This document shows positions 13,192 to 24,340 of a stretch of 64,000 nt of DNA, piece by piece; the first letter of the stretch is position 1, and every line of letters begins with the position of its first letter. The notes under the pieces are model-generated. The model had not been told where the DNA came from. It saw only the letters and a list, made by a program, of their open reading frames with translations, and did no database searches. This DNA comes from Ylistrum balloti (Eukaryota), in assembly GCF_031769215.1 (NCBI RefSeq), contig NW_026781931.1:434001-498000 (forward strand). Reading direction: 5' to 3'. The position numbers were made by a program, and so were the translations under genes.

Positions 13192-13398
13192 TCAGTAGAA
13201 TATTAGAGTGTGGCGTTTCGATGACTACAAGGTCAGTAGAATATTAGAGTGTGACGTTTCGATGACTACAAGGTCAGTAGAATATTAGAGTGTGGCGTTT
13301 CGATGACTACACGGTCAGTAGAATATTAGAGTGTGGCGTTTCGATGACTACACGGTCAGTAGAATATTAGAGTGTGGCGTTTCGATGACTACAAGGTC
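13192..13398. repeat. 41-bp tandem repeat x5 at the 3' end of the Penelope element
   Basis: Unit tcagtagaatattagagtgtggcgtttcgatgactaca(a/c)gg. Confidence 0.95.
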
Positions 13399-13412
13399 AC
13401 CTTCATCAGACA
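13373..13412 (-). ncRNA. Minimal type-I hammerhead ribozyme motif (probably decayed) of the Penelope-like element
   Basis: Minus strand reads TGT-CTGATGA-A-GGTGAC-CTTGTA-GTCATC-GAAAC-G(C)C-ACA: intact core, 6-bp stem II, 3-bp stem I (TGT/ACA). The cleavage triplet is GCC here, but GTC (palindromic GAAACGTC) in the repeat copy at 13250-13260. Confidence 0.65.
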
Positions 13413-14611
13413 AATGACCAGTGTGGAGGGTAATAGCACTGACGCGCGTGGTTTACGAGATGGTACGGAATTAACCAAGTTTCGACTGCACTATATTCCT
13501 ATGTACACTAAGGTCGGAAATACTGTAATGAGATGGTAAACAGATTAGAGACAAAACTACAAACTAGATGGTAACACTGTACTATAGCCAGTTCGGTAAC
13601 GCTTTGTTTAAACTTGGTCATAGATGTGCGTCCCTATTTAGTACTGGCCCGCTGCGGCGTATCTTCAGATGGCTTCCTTAAACAACCGTCTGAAATGGTT
13701 GTTTTCCCTGTCGACTATTTTGGAATTTTCAATGATATGATTTTGCTGTGTGGTAAAATCTGTACGTGCATGTATATTTATCAGGGATGTTTATTTACTC
13801 GGACCCTGAATATCTCCTGCCTGTTTCTCCGATATATGATGCGTCGCAGTTCTTGCATCCAATTTTGTATACGCATTCTGCGACGTTTTCTTTGGGTATT
13901 TTATCCTTAGGGTGGACTAGAAAATTTGTGATGTTTCATTGCCGCTTCAATGCCATGACCACGGTAAATCCTCTGAATGGTCTCTGACCGGCTTTTGATG
14001 TAAGGGAAGACAACTTGTGCTTCCGTTTTTTCGTTTCCTTCTTAGTGTTTCGTCTCTTTTGCTTACATAAAATTCATTGTTAACTTTCTGTATCGCCCAA
14101 ACAAGGTACCCACATGTTATCATGGCGCTATGGATGTGATTGTGTTCCTGCTTCTTGTCTTGTTCTTCTGTGACAATCGTTTCACATCTGTTGAGCAAGG
14201 TTGGTACAACGCTCAAATGTAAGGATGTAAGGGGTGGTGAGATCGGAAGTTAGGTTATTGGTCTGTGTGCCTCTTTTCCCTATAGACCAACACTTTGATA
14301 GTACCGTCAGCTTTCTGTACTAGGAGGGTGACATGGAACGGCATAGTGCCATTGATTTCTTCCTCACAGGTGAATTTGGATCTGTAGGTGGTATTTACGG
14401 TATTGATATGCTCAGTCAAATCTTTCTATGACCCTTTTACTGGCTTGCATTCTACGGGCCCGTGTCTCTAGCCTCTTCCTCCATGTTCCATGAAAAGTTG
14501 GCCTCATTCGGATACACCTGGCTACCTGATAGATGATATTTCGGAAGGAAAAGTATGTTGTTGTAAGCACAGCTTTTAGTAGATCCATGGGCCCACTGAA
14601 ACTGATGTCAT
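13373..14611 (-). mobile_element. 5'-truncated, degenerate Penelope-like retroelement (RT C-terminus plus GIY-YIG endonuclease)
   Basis: Broken minus-strand frames give LLKAVLTTTYFSFRNIIYQ, KFTCEEEINGTMPF...DGTIKVLVYREKRHTDQ*..SHHPLH, SVVPTLLNRCETIV...CGY, HPKDKIPKENVAECVYKIGCKNCDASYIGETGR (13817-13914) and KIVDRENNHFRRLFKEAI, all hallmark PLE RT/GIY-YIG motifs, with stops and frameshifts. Confidence 0.93.
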
Positions 14612-16057
14612 GCTGCCACCTTTTTTTGCTTTATTGATGGTGTTCCCTTTCAGAATCACGAGTTTGTTCTGTGTCTACTGCCACCGTTTGTGTTTTATTG
14701 TTCGTCTTCCGTTTCAGAATCACGAGTTTGTTCTGTGTCTACTGCCACCTTTTGTGTTTTATTGATGGTGTTCCCTTTCAGAATCACGAGTTTGTTCTGT
14801 GTCTACTGCCACCGTTTGTGTTTTATTGTTGGTGTTCCCTTTCAGAATCACGAGTTTGTTCTGTGTCTTGTGTCACCTTTTGTGTTTTATTGTTGGTGTT
14901 CCCTTTCAGAATCACGAGTTTGTTATGTGTCTACTGCCACCGTTTGTGTTTTATTGTTGGTGTTCCCTTTCAGAATCACGAGTTTGTTCTGTGCCTACTG
15001 CCACCTTTTGTGTTTTATTGATGGTCTTCCCTTTCAGAATCACGAGTGTGTTCTGTGTCTACTGTCACCTTTTGTGTTTTATTGATGGTGTTCCCTTTCA
15101 GAATCACGAGTTTGTTATGTGTCTTGTGTCACCTTTTGTGTTTTATTGATGGTGTTCCCTTTCAGAATCACGAGTTTGTTATGTGTCTTGTGTCACCTTT
15201 TGTGTTTTATTGATGGTGTTCCCTTTCAGAATCACGAGTTTGTTCTGTGTCTACTGCCACCTTTTGTGTTTTATTGATGGTGTTCCCTTTCAGAATCACG
15301 AGTTTGTTCTGTGTCTTGTGTCACCTTTTGTGTTTTATTGATGGTGTTCCCTTTCAGAATCACGAGTTTGTTCTGTGTCTACTGCCACCTTTTGTGTTTT
15401 ATTGATGGTGTTCCCTTTCAGAATCACGAATTTGTTCTGTGTCTACTGCCACCTACTGCCACCTTTTGTGCTTTATTGTTGGTCTTCCCTTTCAGAATCA
15501 CGAGTTTGTTCTGTGTCTACTGCCACCTTTTGTGTTTTATTGATGGTGTTCCCTTTCAGAATCACGAGTTTGTTATGTGTCTTGTGTCACCTTTTGTGTT
15601 TTATTGTTGGTCTTCCCTTTCAGAATCACGAGTTTGTTCTGTGTCTACTGCCACCTTTTGTGTTTTATTGTTGGTGTTCCCTTTCTGAATCACGAGTTTG
15701 TTCTGTGTCTTGTGTCACCTTTTGTGTTTTATTGTTGGTCTTCCCTTTCAGAATCACGAGTGTGTTCTGTGTCTACTGCCACTGTTTGTGTTTTATTGTT
15801 GGTGTTCCCTTTCAGAATCACGAGTTTGTTCTGTGTCTTGTGTCACCTTTTGTGTTTTATTGATGGTGTTCCCTTTCAGAATCACGGGTTTGTGCTATGC
15901 CTACTGCCATCTTTTGTGTTTTATTGATGGTCTTCCGTTTCAGAATCACGAGTGTGTTCTGTGTCTACTGCCACCTTTTGTGTTTTATTGATGGTGTTCC
16001 CTTTCAGAATCACGAGTGTGTTCTGTGCCTACTGCCACCTTGTGTGCTTTATTGATG
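14612..16057. repeat. 64-bp minisatellite (~22 copies) abutting the truncated 5' end of the PLE
   Basis: Unit ttgatggtgttccctttcagaatcacgagtttgttctgtgtctactgccaccttttgtgtttta with an alternating variant (cttgtgtcacc); source of all Cys/Val/Phe-rich ORFs at 14671-15991. Confidence 0.97.
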
Positions 16058-16742
16058 CTGTTCTTGAAATCCGTCCTCAAATGATCATGGGCGTTAGACA
16101 ACAGTAGAAATAAGTAACAGAGAGTGTAACTAAGGAAAAATTATATATCCTATGAGAATAATCTGTATATGTCCATGGTTTTATCATTAGGGTTTTACAG
16201 CAATCATATCCATGTTTCGCTTAGCGATATTGTGTTGCCATTTCTAGCAAGAGACTCGTAATTTCTTTTCGCATTGTGTTTAAAGCTGACAATTTCCATT
16301 AGTTTGTATTCGGTGATCTGTAATTTAAACTCGGCTGTGAGAATGGTGTTTTCATTAGTGTCTGCGGTCATGTACTTGTACCGGAAGTTGTTTTCGTTTG
16401 GATCGTATGATTTCAGAAAATTTCCACATTTTACCTCAAATTTTTTGCCCGTTACCAATAAATAATGCGTGAGCAGATTTTAAAAGTTCTGGCGCATCCT
16501 GTTGTCGTAATAAGACCTGAGCAGGATTCATGTACAATGGTGGATCCTCTGAGGTGACCGCCTTTCGGTACTTTAAAGGACACGATTTAAATGCCATCTC
16601 TGTCCACCAGCAGGTGCAGTCAAGAAATTTCTTGCAAGCGATGGTGGGGGTTTGGAATAGCGTACAAGACATGATTTAAAGTGAAGACAGCATTTTTTAC
16701 TTTTTTTTAATTCTTATTACAATTCTATCAATTTTATTTCAC

Positions 16743-16784
16743 TTGTTTGTTTGTTGTTTTTTTTTTTTTTTTTTTGTTTTTTGT

Positions 16785-16818
<34 letters not shown>

Positions 16819-16831
16819 TTTTTTGTTTTTT
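16743..16831. repeat. Poly(T)/T-G low-complexity tract (poly-A on minus strand)
   Basis: ~90 nt of T runs interrupted by single G; possibly a retroposed tail. Confidence 0.85.
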
Positions 16832-18144
16832 CAGAACAGTTTGGGTTATTTTTTCCTGTAGTTACGGCCTTTCGGGCATTAGAAAGTTTTGTATTTGACT
16901 ATTATCCTCTGGGTTGACAATATAAAACCAATTTCCACATCACAGGAGTTTTACCTTTGTGTTATGTTTCACTATCATCACTAAAATGATTGTTATATTG
17001 AACCGACAGTATACATTTGCGATATGCATAGACCATGCTACATTTCCAAAAGTATTATGTTAGCTCCATATAAGGGTTTTTTCTTGTTTGGTGTTGTGAT
17101 ACAACGACACAATCAAATAAAAGATTAATTTCAAATACGAATACAGTCAGGTAGGGAACATCCTGTATCATTTCAAAGCCATTGATGTGTTTCGATTAAA
17201 AACCCTCGCTTGTCACTAACCACTAGTTACCTTCAACAAAACAAAACAACTGTTTACCATAATGTTTGTTTAGAATATCCATATAAAAAGTAGAAAGCTT
17301 AAACTTAGTTAGTATGAAAATAAGTTTGAAATATTTACAATACTCCAGAAGAATGTTTATTTGTTCCTATTTGCATGCCAGGCATCGTTTTCATCGTTTT
17401 ACAGTTTACTGACGGCACATTTGAATATTCGGTACGTCTTAATCATACTGAGAGAAATCTATAATGCAGTGTAATATATGTAGTTGGACCTTTATCAATC
17501 TCTGTGCCAGATCTTTTAAGGTTGGCCAATGATTAGAGACACCAACTTGTTGACACCACGTCAGCGGTTTTATTCTGTCCTGTGTATACCACTATTTCCA
17601 TTAATGTTTACAGTGATATTAAAACTAAACCGTTGTCACAAACATAGGAGATCCGGTTATCTTCTGCTGCACCCGATATAAAATATATCAAGCTTTTTTT
17701 CGATTCTGATTTGCTGACATCCTATCAATTGTGCGCTTTGTTATGGGAAATAAACACCGGAAATACACCCGAACTCGCTACCTTATTTGGTTTACAGGCA
17801 GGACATTAATTCTTAACTTCTAAGATTTAAAAATACGAACGGTATAAATCCCTCACTCCTCATAAACTTTTACAAATTATCACGTCTTCCCTCGTCTTAA
17901 GTTCATGTCACACAATATCTGATGAAATTCGGAAACTGGGTTTTATAGACTTGTTAAACTGTGATATGTTTGTTTTGCTATTTTCCTTTGTAAATATTTT
18001 TACTTACTATGTTATCAGCCTATCCTTAATCATGTGTCACCAAGCCGTAGGGTTCTGGGTACATTTCATCATTTCGAGGTAATTAAAAGTAATGCAGTCA
18101 GTTGATTTAGATCCATTTTTCCCATTTTCCGCTTGTACCATACC

Positions 18145-18593
18145 CAGGCTGTCCAGCGTCCCTAAAATTCAGTTTTGCTAAAATTCCTAAAAAAAAATGA
18201 AAAATTCAAAAGGAATTCCTAAAAAAGCCCTAATTTTTCACTTCAGTTCCTACTTTTTTATATTTCTTACAATTTACTGAAAATGTTTTCAGGGTAGACA
18301 ATGAAAGGCAGTTGACCAGTGGACTTATGTACCCAGATTGTTATTGGTTGTGACTGAGTGACAGAGGTGTTATTCTTAAGGTCACAGCCAACAGCAGCTG
18401 GGACACTGATACCCTGGAAGACACCTTTCCTGCAATTAAGGCATTGTATGTTAGTTTCTATTTTGTCAAATTTGCAAAGTTAAGTCAGTTTAATGCTTTC
18501 ATACTCCCGATTCTAGTTACAAAATTCCTAATTTTAGCCCTAAATTTGCCCTAAAATATTGTATTTTTTTGTCAAGAAGTGCTGGACAGCCTG
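18145..18593. mobile_element. Non-autonomous DNA transposon (MITE), hAT-like termini, 6-bp TSD
   Basis: Perfect 13-bp TIRs CAGGCTGTCCAGC (18145-18157) / GCTGGACAGCCTG (18581-18593), flanked by direct repeat CATACC (18139-18144 and 18594-18599); subterminal CCCTAAA/TTCCTAA repeats at both ends; no ORF. Confidence 0.85.
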
Positions 18594-18989
18594 CATACCT
18601 TAACATTAACAAACGACTTTCTGAAAATGCAAATATAGCATTACAATGATACTTGCCTATATGCCGCAATACATGTTTTATTTTAAATAAAGTAGCTTTT
18701 ATTGTCTCGAATTAGGTGTGCTTTTCGTCATTGAATTTCCCGACTAAAACAATAAATATTGTGACACTATAATGATACTTCAGACTTGTTAAACTTTCGG
18801 TTATGATATTTCTGAAATCACAGCAACTAAAAAGACAAGTTACATTTTCTATACCTTAACTGAGATAATCTGCTGCGTGGATTGTCTGCCGAAAACAAAG
18901 TATTACAAGTTTACGGATAACTGGCTTATTTTTTACATTGATATGTTTTTGTGTTAAAACTGATTGTTTTTGCTCCATTAACTGAAATA

Positions 18990-20280
18990 TCAGAGGCCTG
19001 TAGCTTTATCGAAGGACAAGAATGGATCAAGGTCAAGGTCAGATAAATCAGACGCCTATAGCTTTATAGAAGGACAAGAATGGATCAAGGTCAGATAAAT
19101 CAGACGCCTATAGCTTTATAGAAGGACAAGAATGGATCAAGGTCAGATAAATCAGAGGCCTATAGCTTTAATGAAGGACATGAATGGCTCAAGGTCAGGA
19201 AAATCAGAGGCCTATATCTTTATCGAAGGACAAGAATGGCTGAAGGTCAGGAAAATCAGAGGCCTATAGCTTTATCGAAGGACAAGAATGGCTGAAGGTC
19301 AGGAAAATCAGAGGCCTATAGCTTTATCGAAGGACAAGAATGGATCAAGGTCAGGAAAATAAGAGGACTATATCTTTATCGAAGGACAAGAATGGCTGAA
19401 GGTCAGGAAAATCAGAGGCCTATAGCTTTATAGAAGGACAAGAATGGCTGAAGGTCAGGAAAATCAGAGGCCTATAGCTTTATAGAAGGACAAGAATGGA
19501 TCAAGGTCAGGAAAATAAAAGGACTATATGTTTATCGAAGGACAAGAATGGCTGAAGGTCAGATAAATCAGAGGCCTATAGCTTTATAGAAGGACAAGAA
19601 TGGCTCAAGGTCAGGAAAATCAGAGGCCTATAGCTTTATCGAAGGACAAGAATGGATCAAGGTCAGGAAAATAAGAGGACTATATCTTTATCGAAGGACA
19701 AGAAAGGTCAGATAAATCAGAGGCCTATAGCTTTATAGAAGGACAAGAATGGCTCAAGATCAAGGTCAGATAAATCAGACGCCTATAGCTTTATAGAAGG
19801 ACAAGAATGGATCAAGGTCAGATAAATCAGACGCCTATAGCTTTATAGAAGGACAAGAATGGATCAAGGTCAGATAAATCAGAGGCCTATAGCTTTATAG
19901 AAGGACAAGAATGGCTTTATAGAAGGACAAGAATGGATCAAGGTCAGATAAATCAGAGGCCTATAGCTTTATAGAAGGACAAGAATGGATCAAGGTCAGA
20001 TAAATCAGAGGCTTATAGCTTTATAGAAGGACAAGAATGGATCAAAGTCAAGGTCAGATAAATCAGAGGCTTATAGCTTTATAGAAGGACAAGAATGGAT
20101 CAAGGTCAAGGTCAGATAAATCAGAGGCTTATAGCTTTATAGAAGGACAAGAATGAATCAAGGTCAGATAAATCAGACGCCTATAGCTTTATAGAAGGAC
20201 AAGAATGGATCAAGGTCAGATAAATCAGAGGCTTATAGCTTTATAGAAGGACAAGAATGGATCAAGGTCAGATAAATCGG
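18990..20280. repeat. ~52-bp minisatellite (~25 copies) rich in AAGGTCA half-sites
   Basis: Unit cagaggcctatagctttatagaaggacaagaatggatcaaggtcagataaat with variants. Confidence 0.97.
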
Positions 20281-23200
20281 GACAGAAATATCATTTTGAC
20301 ATATGATTTGATCAAGGAGATAATCAAATATTCAATTAAATTCTTTCAGCTGGCCATAATTTGTTTTCTGTAGGTAAATTATGTTTGAGAAGACACTAAC
20401 TCTGTGTGTCATTGTCATATACCAACTTAGATGCCGCTAACTGTTTGCCGTTTGATGTCTTTCGTACGTCATACTTGTAATACAATAACACTATGGTGTT
20501 AACCCATAACACAAATTAAATTAATTTCTTTACTGCCATAGCTTGGTTCTTGGAATTGATTTGGCATTTAGTCTGATTTATTGTCCATATGGTACCTAGT
20601 TGGGATATCTCCATTACAATGTAATGAGTAGGACTAAAAAGCTTCTAGGGGAAGTGGAAGACAAGCTTTATGGTTAATTTTTAAAAGATACCTGTAATAA
20701 ATTCATACGACTGTCTCCTAATCTGGAATATAACAGGTTTCTGTGGATCAAAATTATACATTTACATCTGAATGACAATGCCATTACATTAAAAAGTACC
20801 ATAATAACATCCCGTGCGTGACCATTCTGACGTCATTGTTATTGCCATAGAAACGACGAAGGTATACCGTCAGACTGGCTGTTCCATTTGATGGATTAGG
20901 TCGGTAATGAATGAACTGGACAGCAACATTCACAGGATGTGTAACTATAAACACTGAACAGAATTTTGAAAGCAAACGTATCATATTGTGTTAGCTAACA
21001 AGCAATGTTCTGTTTTCTTACAAAACTTTGTCATTCATAACTTCATAAACGCCATAACAAGATAATTTCGAAATCATTTCAAGATTTTTCATCAGTCGTG
21101 TTCTTATGGAATTCGTGTCCTACATATCATTGATGTGTTTAGGCCAGTTGGTATTGCTGTAGTGAAATAATCAGTCCTAGTTATCTATAAATGGCATCTG
21201 TCCAATAATGTTTGTCGAGAATAAATCATAACCCCATCTGAAACAGACGCAGCACAGCGTGTATATTATCCGTGTTCTAAAATTAAAAGTATGGTTAAAA
21301 GCAACGGACGCCGTGATAATAACAGAAATTCATACAAACGGTTATCGTCACTTTCCCTGGTCTTTGTCATGGTCATCTCGCTATTAGAACTTCAGGACGG
21401 ACAAGTTCTGTTTATCAAATGATAAGTTTGGAGCATGAAACGTATTTCTATGAGTGGAATGTGTTTCAGTACCGTTAAATGTAAAATTGACAGGTTTGTG
21501 TGTGTTGCAAAATCCGATATGGAAATGTCAAAACAAAACGTCCTATCAGAGTTTTGTCTATGTGGGGCAACAACTGATTTACATAGCAAATGATTTTCTC
21601 TTTCTTTTCTATCAGAATTTCCCTTTTTAGCTGGGCATCAGTCATTATTACAAATGTACGTTTACAAACCTTTATAATATCAATCAAAATGAACGAATGT
21701 TTGTGGATTTCGATTTGCTCAACTATATAACCTTAAGTTAGAGAATTCTGAATTCATGCACTAGTTCAAATTTATTGTTCATAAAAAATTATTGGCCACA
21801 TTAAGCAGATATCTGTTGATATTTGGAATGGTCCATCCTGAGGATCCGACCGCAGGCCCCCATGCGGTTTCTTCTACGTCACAACCTGCTGGGGGCTCTG
21901 TACACAAGCGATCATTTGCCTCGCCTTAACTGTAATAATACTCGTAAATTTATGTGTATTTATCGGATACATCAATTTCTTGTTTACTCCCATATTCATT
22001 AATTTTTAACAAATCCATGTTGTGATATCCTACTGGTTAGAAGAATGCATTGGGTTGACGCTGGAAAAATCTCTTTATTTCTTTGACATGTTTATTTTTC
22101 GTAATTCAAAACCCAAATCTTGTCTTCAGTGCACGGATCGTCCGCATTTTTCTTCCTGTGTTAGTTTGTTTTATCATTCAAATGGAAAACAGGTCTTAAA
22201 CACAAGAAACAAACTGACGAGAATTCACAATTATTAATCTTCCCAAAGCAGTCTGTGAAAGGTGCCACCATCTTACAATACAATCCTATTAGTATCAATT
22301 CAACGTTGATACAACTACTGGATGAGCTGTTGACAGAGGTCATCACGTCGCGTGCCTCCTAATAAAGGTCATGACGTCAGGAGCAGTTGGCTTGTTTCTG
22401 TTGTTGGTCCTCATTTGTGCATTCACGTTAGTTGTTGAAACTAGATATTATCTATTTCATTGGGTTGTAAAGAAATTCTAGATGCATGATTTGTCACGTA
22501 AGCAATGTGCATTTTCTAATGAAACTCGAGAAAGAATTATATGATTTTATGACATATGTGGTTTTTCATTTCCACCCTTTTAGAACTGGCGCCAGGTTTT
22601 TATCACTCTCCATTAGGACAAATTTCCTCGGGTTAGTAAACATACCTGTGAATATTGAAACATCCAGAGAGAAATGTTCTCAAGTGATCTATTGATAACT
22701 TGCTCAATATGTACCCTGTAACCCTCATAAGACAATTGAACAGTTATTCCTAAAGTACAGACAATTGTGTAAAATGAATGAAACAGCTATCAACGTGTCA
22801 ATGGGGACATGTTCTGTTACAGTACACGATATGTGAACCATGGACCTATACAAGGCCGACTTGTATAGATAACTTGATGTGCCCATTTAGGTACGAGATG
22901 ACCACATGTCCTCCAGTTTGCTCATCTTGGTGTCACTTTTCCAATCCCCAACAAAGATTTGCTCGTTGACCTATTTATTTTCTGTTCTTGCCTCTTACTG
23001 TATTGATTAGTCACGTGACATTTGCCCTTACATAGATATGTCATGCAATGTTTCTAAAACGATCTCTGTCATGGTATCATGTCATGTATTATAGAACAGT
23101 ATATATTGTTTCTCAGCTAATACAATGTCAACAACTAGCGGCGGTGACTAGCCAGTTGTCATGGTTACTGGTAGGTAGAATATCGAAATCTGAAACCGGA

Positions 23201-23298
23201 GTGGTACAAATGTATATCTTATGGAAAGACTTGTCTGAATAGTGATAAAGTATCTCTGGATTGTATCGTTACTAGGGTTTGTGGCCAGTAAGACATAC

Positions 23299-23376
23299 CA
23301 TCTTGTGAAGGTCGCTCTCCGTGTTAACACCACTAACATATCTCATAATTGTATCGTCCTTATGTTCACACATGCT
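23299..23376 (-). CDS. Orphan candidate coding exon (78 nt, phase 0-0), parent gene unassigned
   Basis: Acceptor gtgtccatttcctttcag|, donor ATG|GTATGT; only frame 0 is open: SMCEHKDDTIMRYVSGVNTESDLHKM. No family recognised. Confidence 0.35.
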
Positions 23377-23412
23377 CTGAAAGGAAATGGACACTTCTGT
23401 TTATAAGATAGT

Positions 23413-23464
<52 letters not shown>

Positions 23465-23547
23465 CATTTTACATATCTCATAATTGTATCGTCCTTATGT
23501 TCACACATGCTCTGAAAGAAAATGGACACTTCTGTTTATAAGATAGT

Positions 23548-23600
<53 letters not shown>

Positions 23601-23604
23601 ATTT
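23336..23604. repeat. 135-bp direct tandem duplication, each copy ending in a (GA)n microsatellite
   Basis: acatatctcataattg...agatagttttg(ag)n..agcattt occurs at 23336 and again at 23471. Confidence 0.95.
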
Positions 23605-24274
23605 TTATAAGGAACTCGAGGAAATGCTTAAAAAAAACAAAATAGAATGAAGAAAATAAGTCCTGAAAAAGAGATCCATAGAGTGGATTTTTCATTTTCA
23701 TGTTTTCCTTTCTTTTTTTAATTTTGGTCAATTCTGGGATTCACGAAAGTCTGTTTGAACAATTTTGGGGTTTTCATACATGAAAAGATGCTCAAATTAC
23801 AGAGTTTATTTGGTCTTTGCATATAGGTACTGTTTGTCTATGTTTTAGTGGACTGAGTGTAATCATTAAACTCGATATATGTGTTGTATTAATCTTGCAT
23901 TTTCATTTTGAATAACTTGTTTCACCTGAAATTTTTATCCTTTAATAGGCAAAATCAAAATAAACTTACCTCAGATAAACAGAATCTCCCTCACACGTTC
24001 CAAAACCGGAATCAAAAAAGGATTCTGGAATGCGGTTCTTATTTTTGTGTTTTAAGTTGCCATGCTTCTCAATATTGTTTTATAAGATAAAGTTGTAAAT
24101 TTTGTGTTGTGATCTAGAATCATCATTTAGTGTAGTGTTAGGTTCGGAGTTGTTTGGAACACATGCCCTCATTCAATTTAAACGATATTTTGTATTTGTT
24201 TTAACTTTCATTTGTTTTATATATATATGCCTGAAATATTACCCACAATACATCCCTCGGCCAGAAACGACTTC

Positions 24275-24340
24275 TCTTTAACTCGATCGGCATCAGACTA
24301 ATAAACCAGAGGTCACGAATTCGAATCTTAGCGGGGGTAT
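24275..24340 (+). mobile_element. Degenerate tRNA-derived SINE head
   Basis: A-box-like taactcgatcgg (24279-24290) and B-box-like aattcgaatc (24318-24327) at tRNA spacing, but no foldable acceptor stem. Confidence 0.4.
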
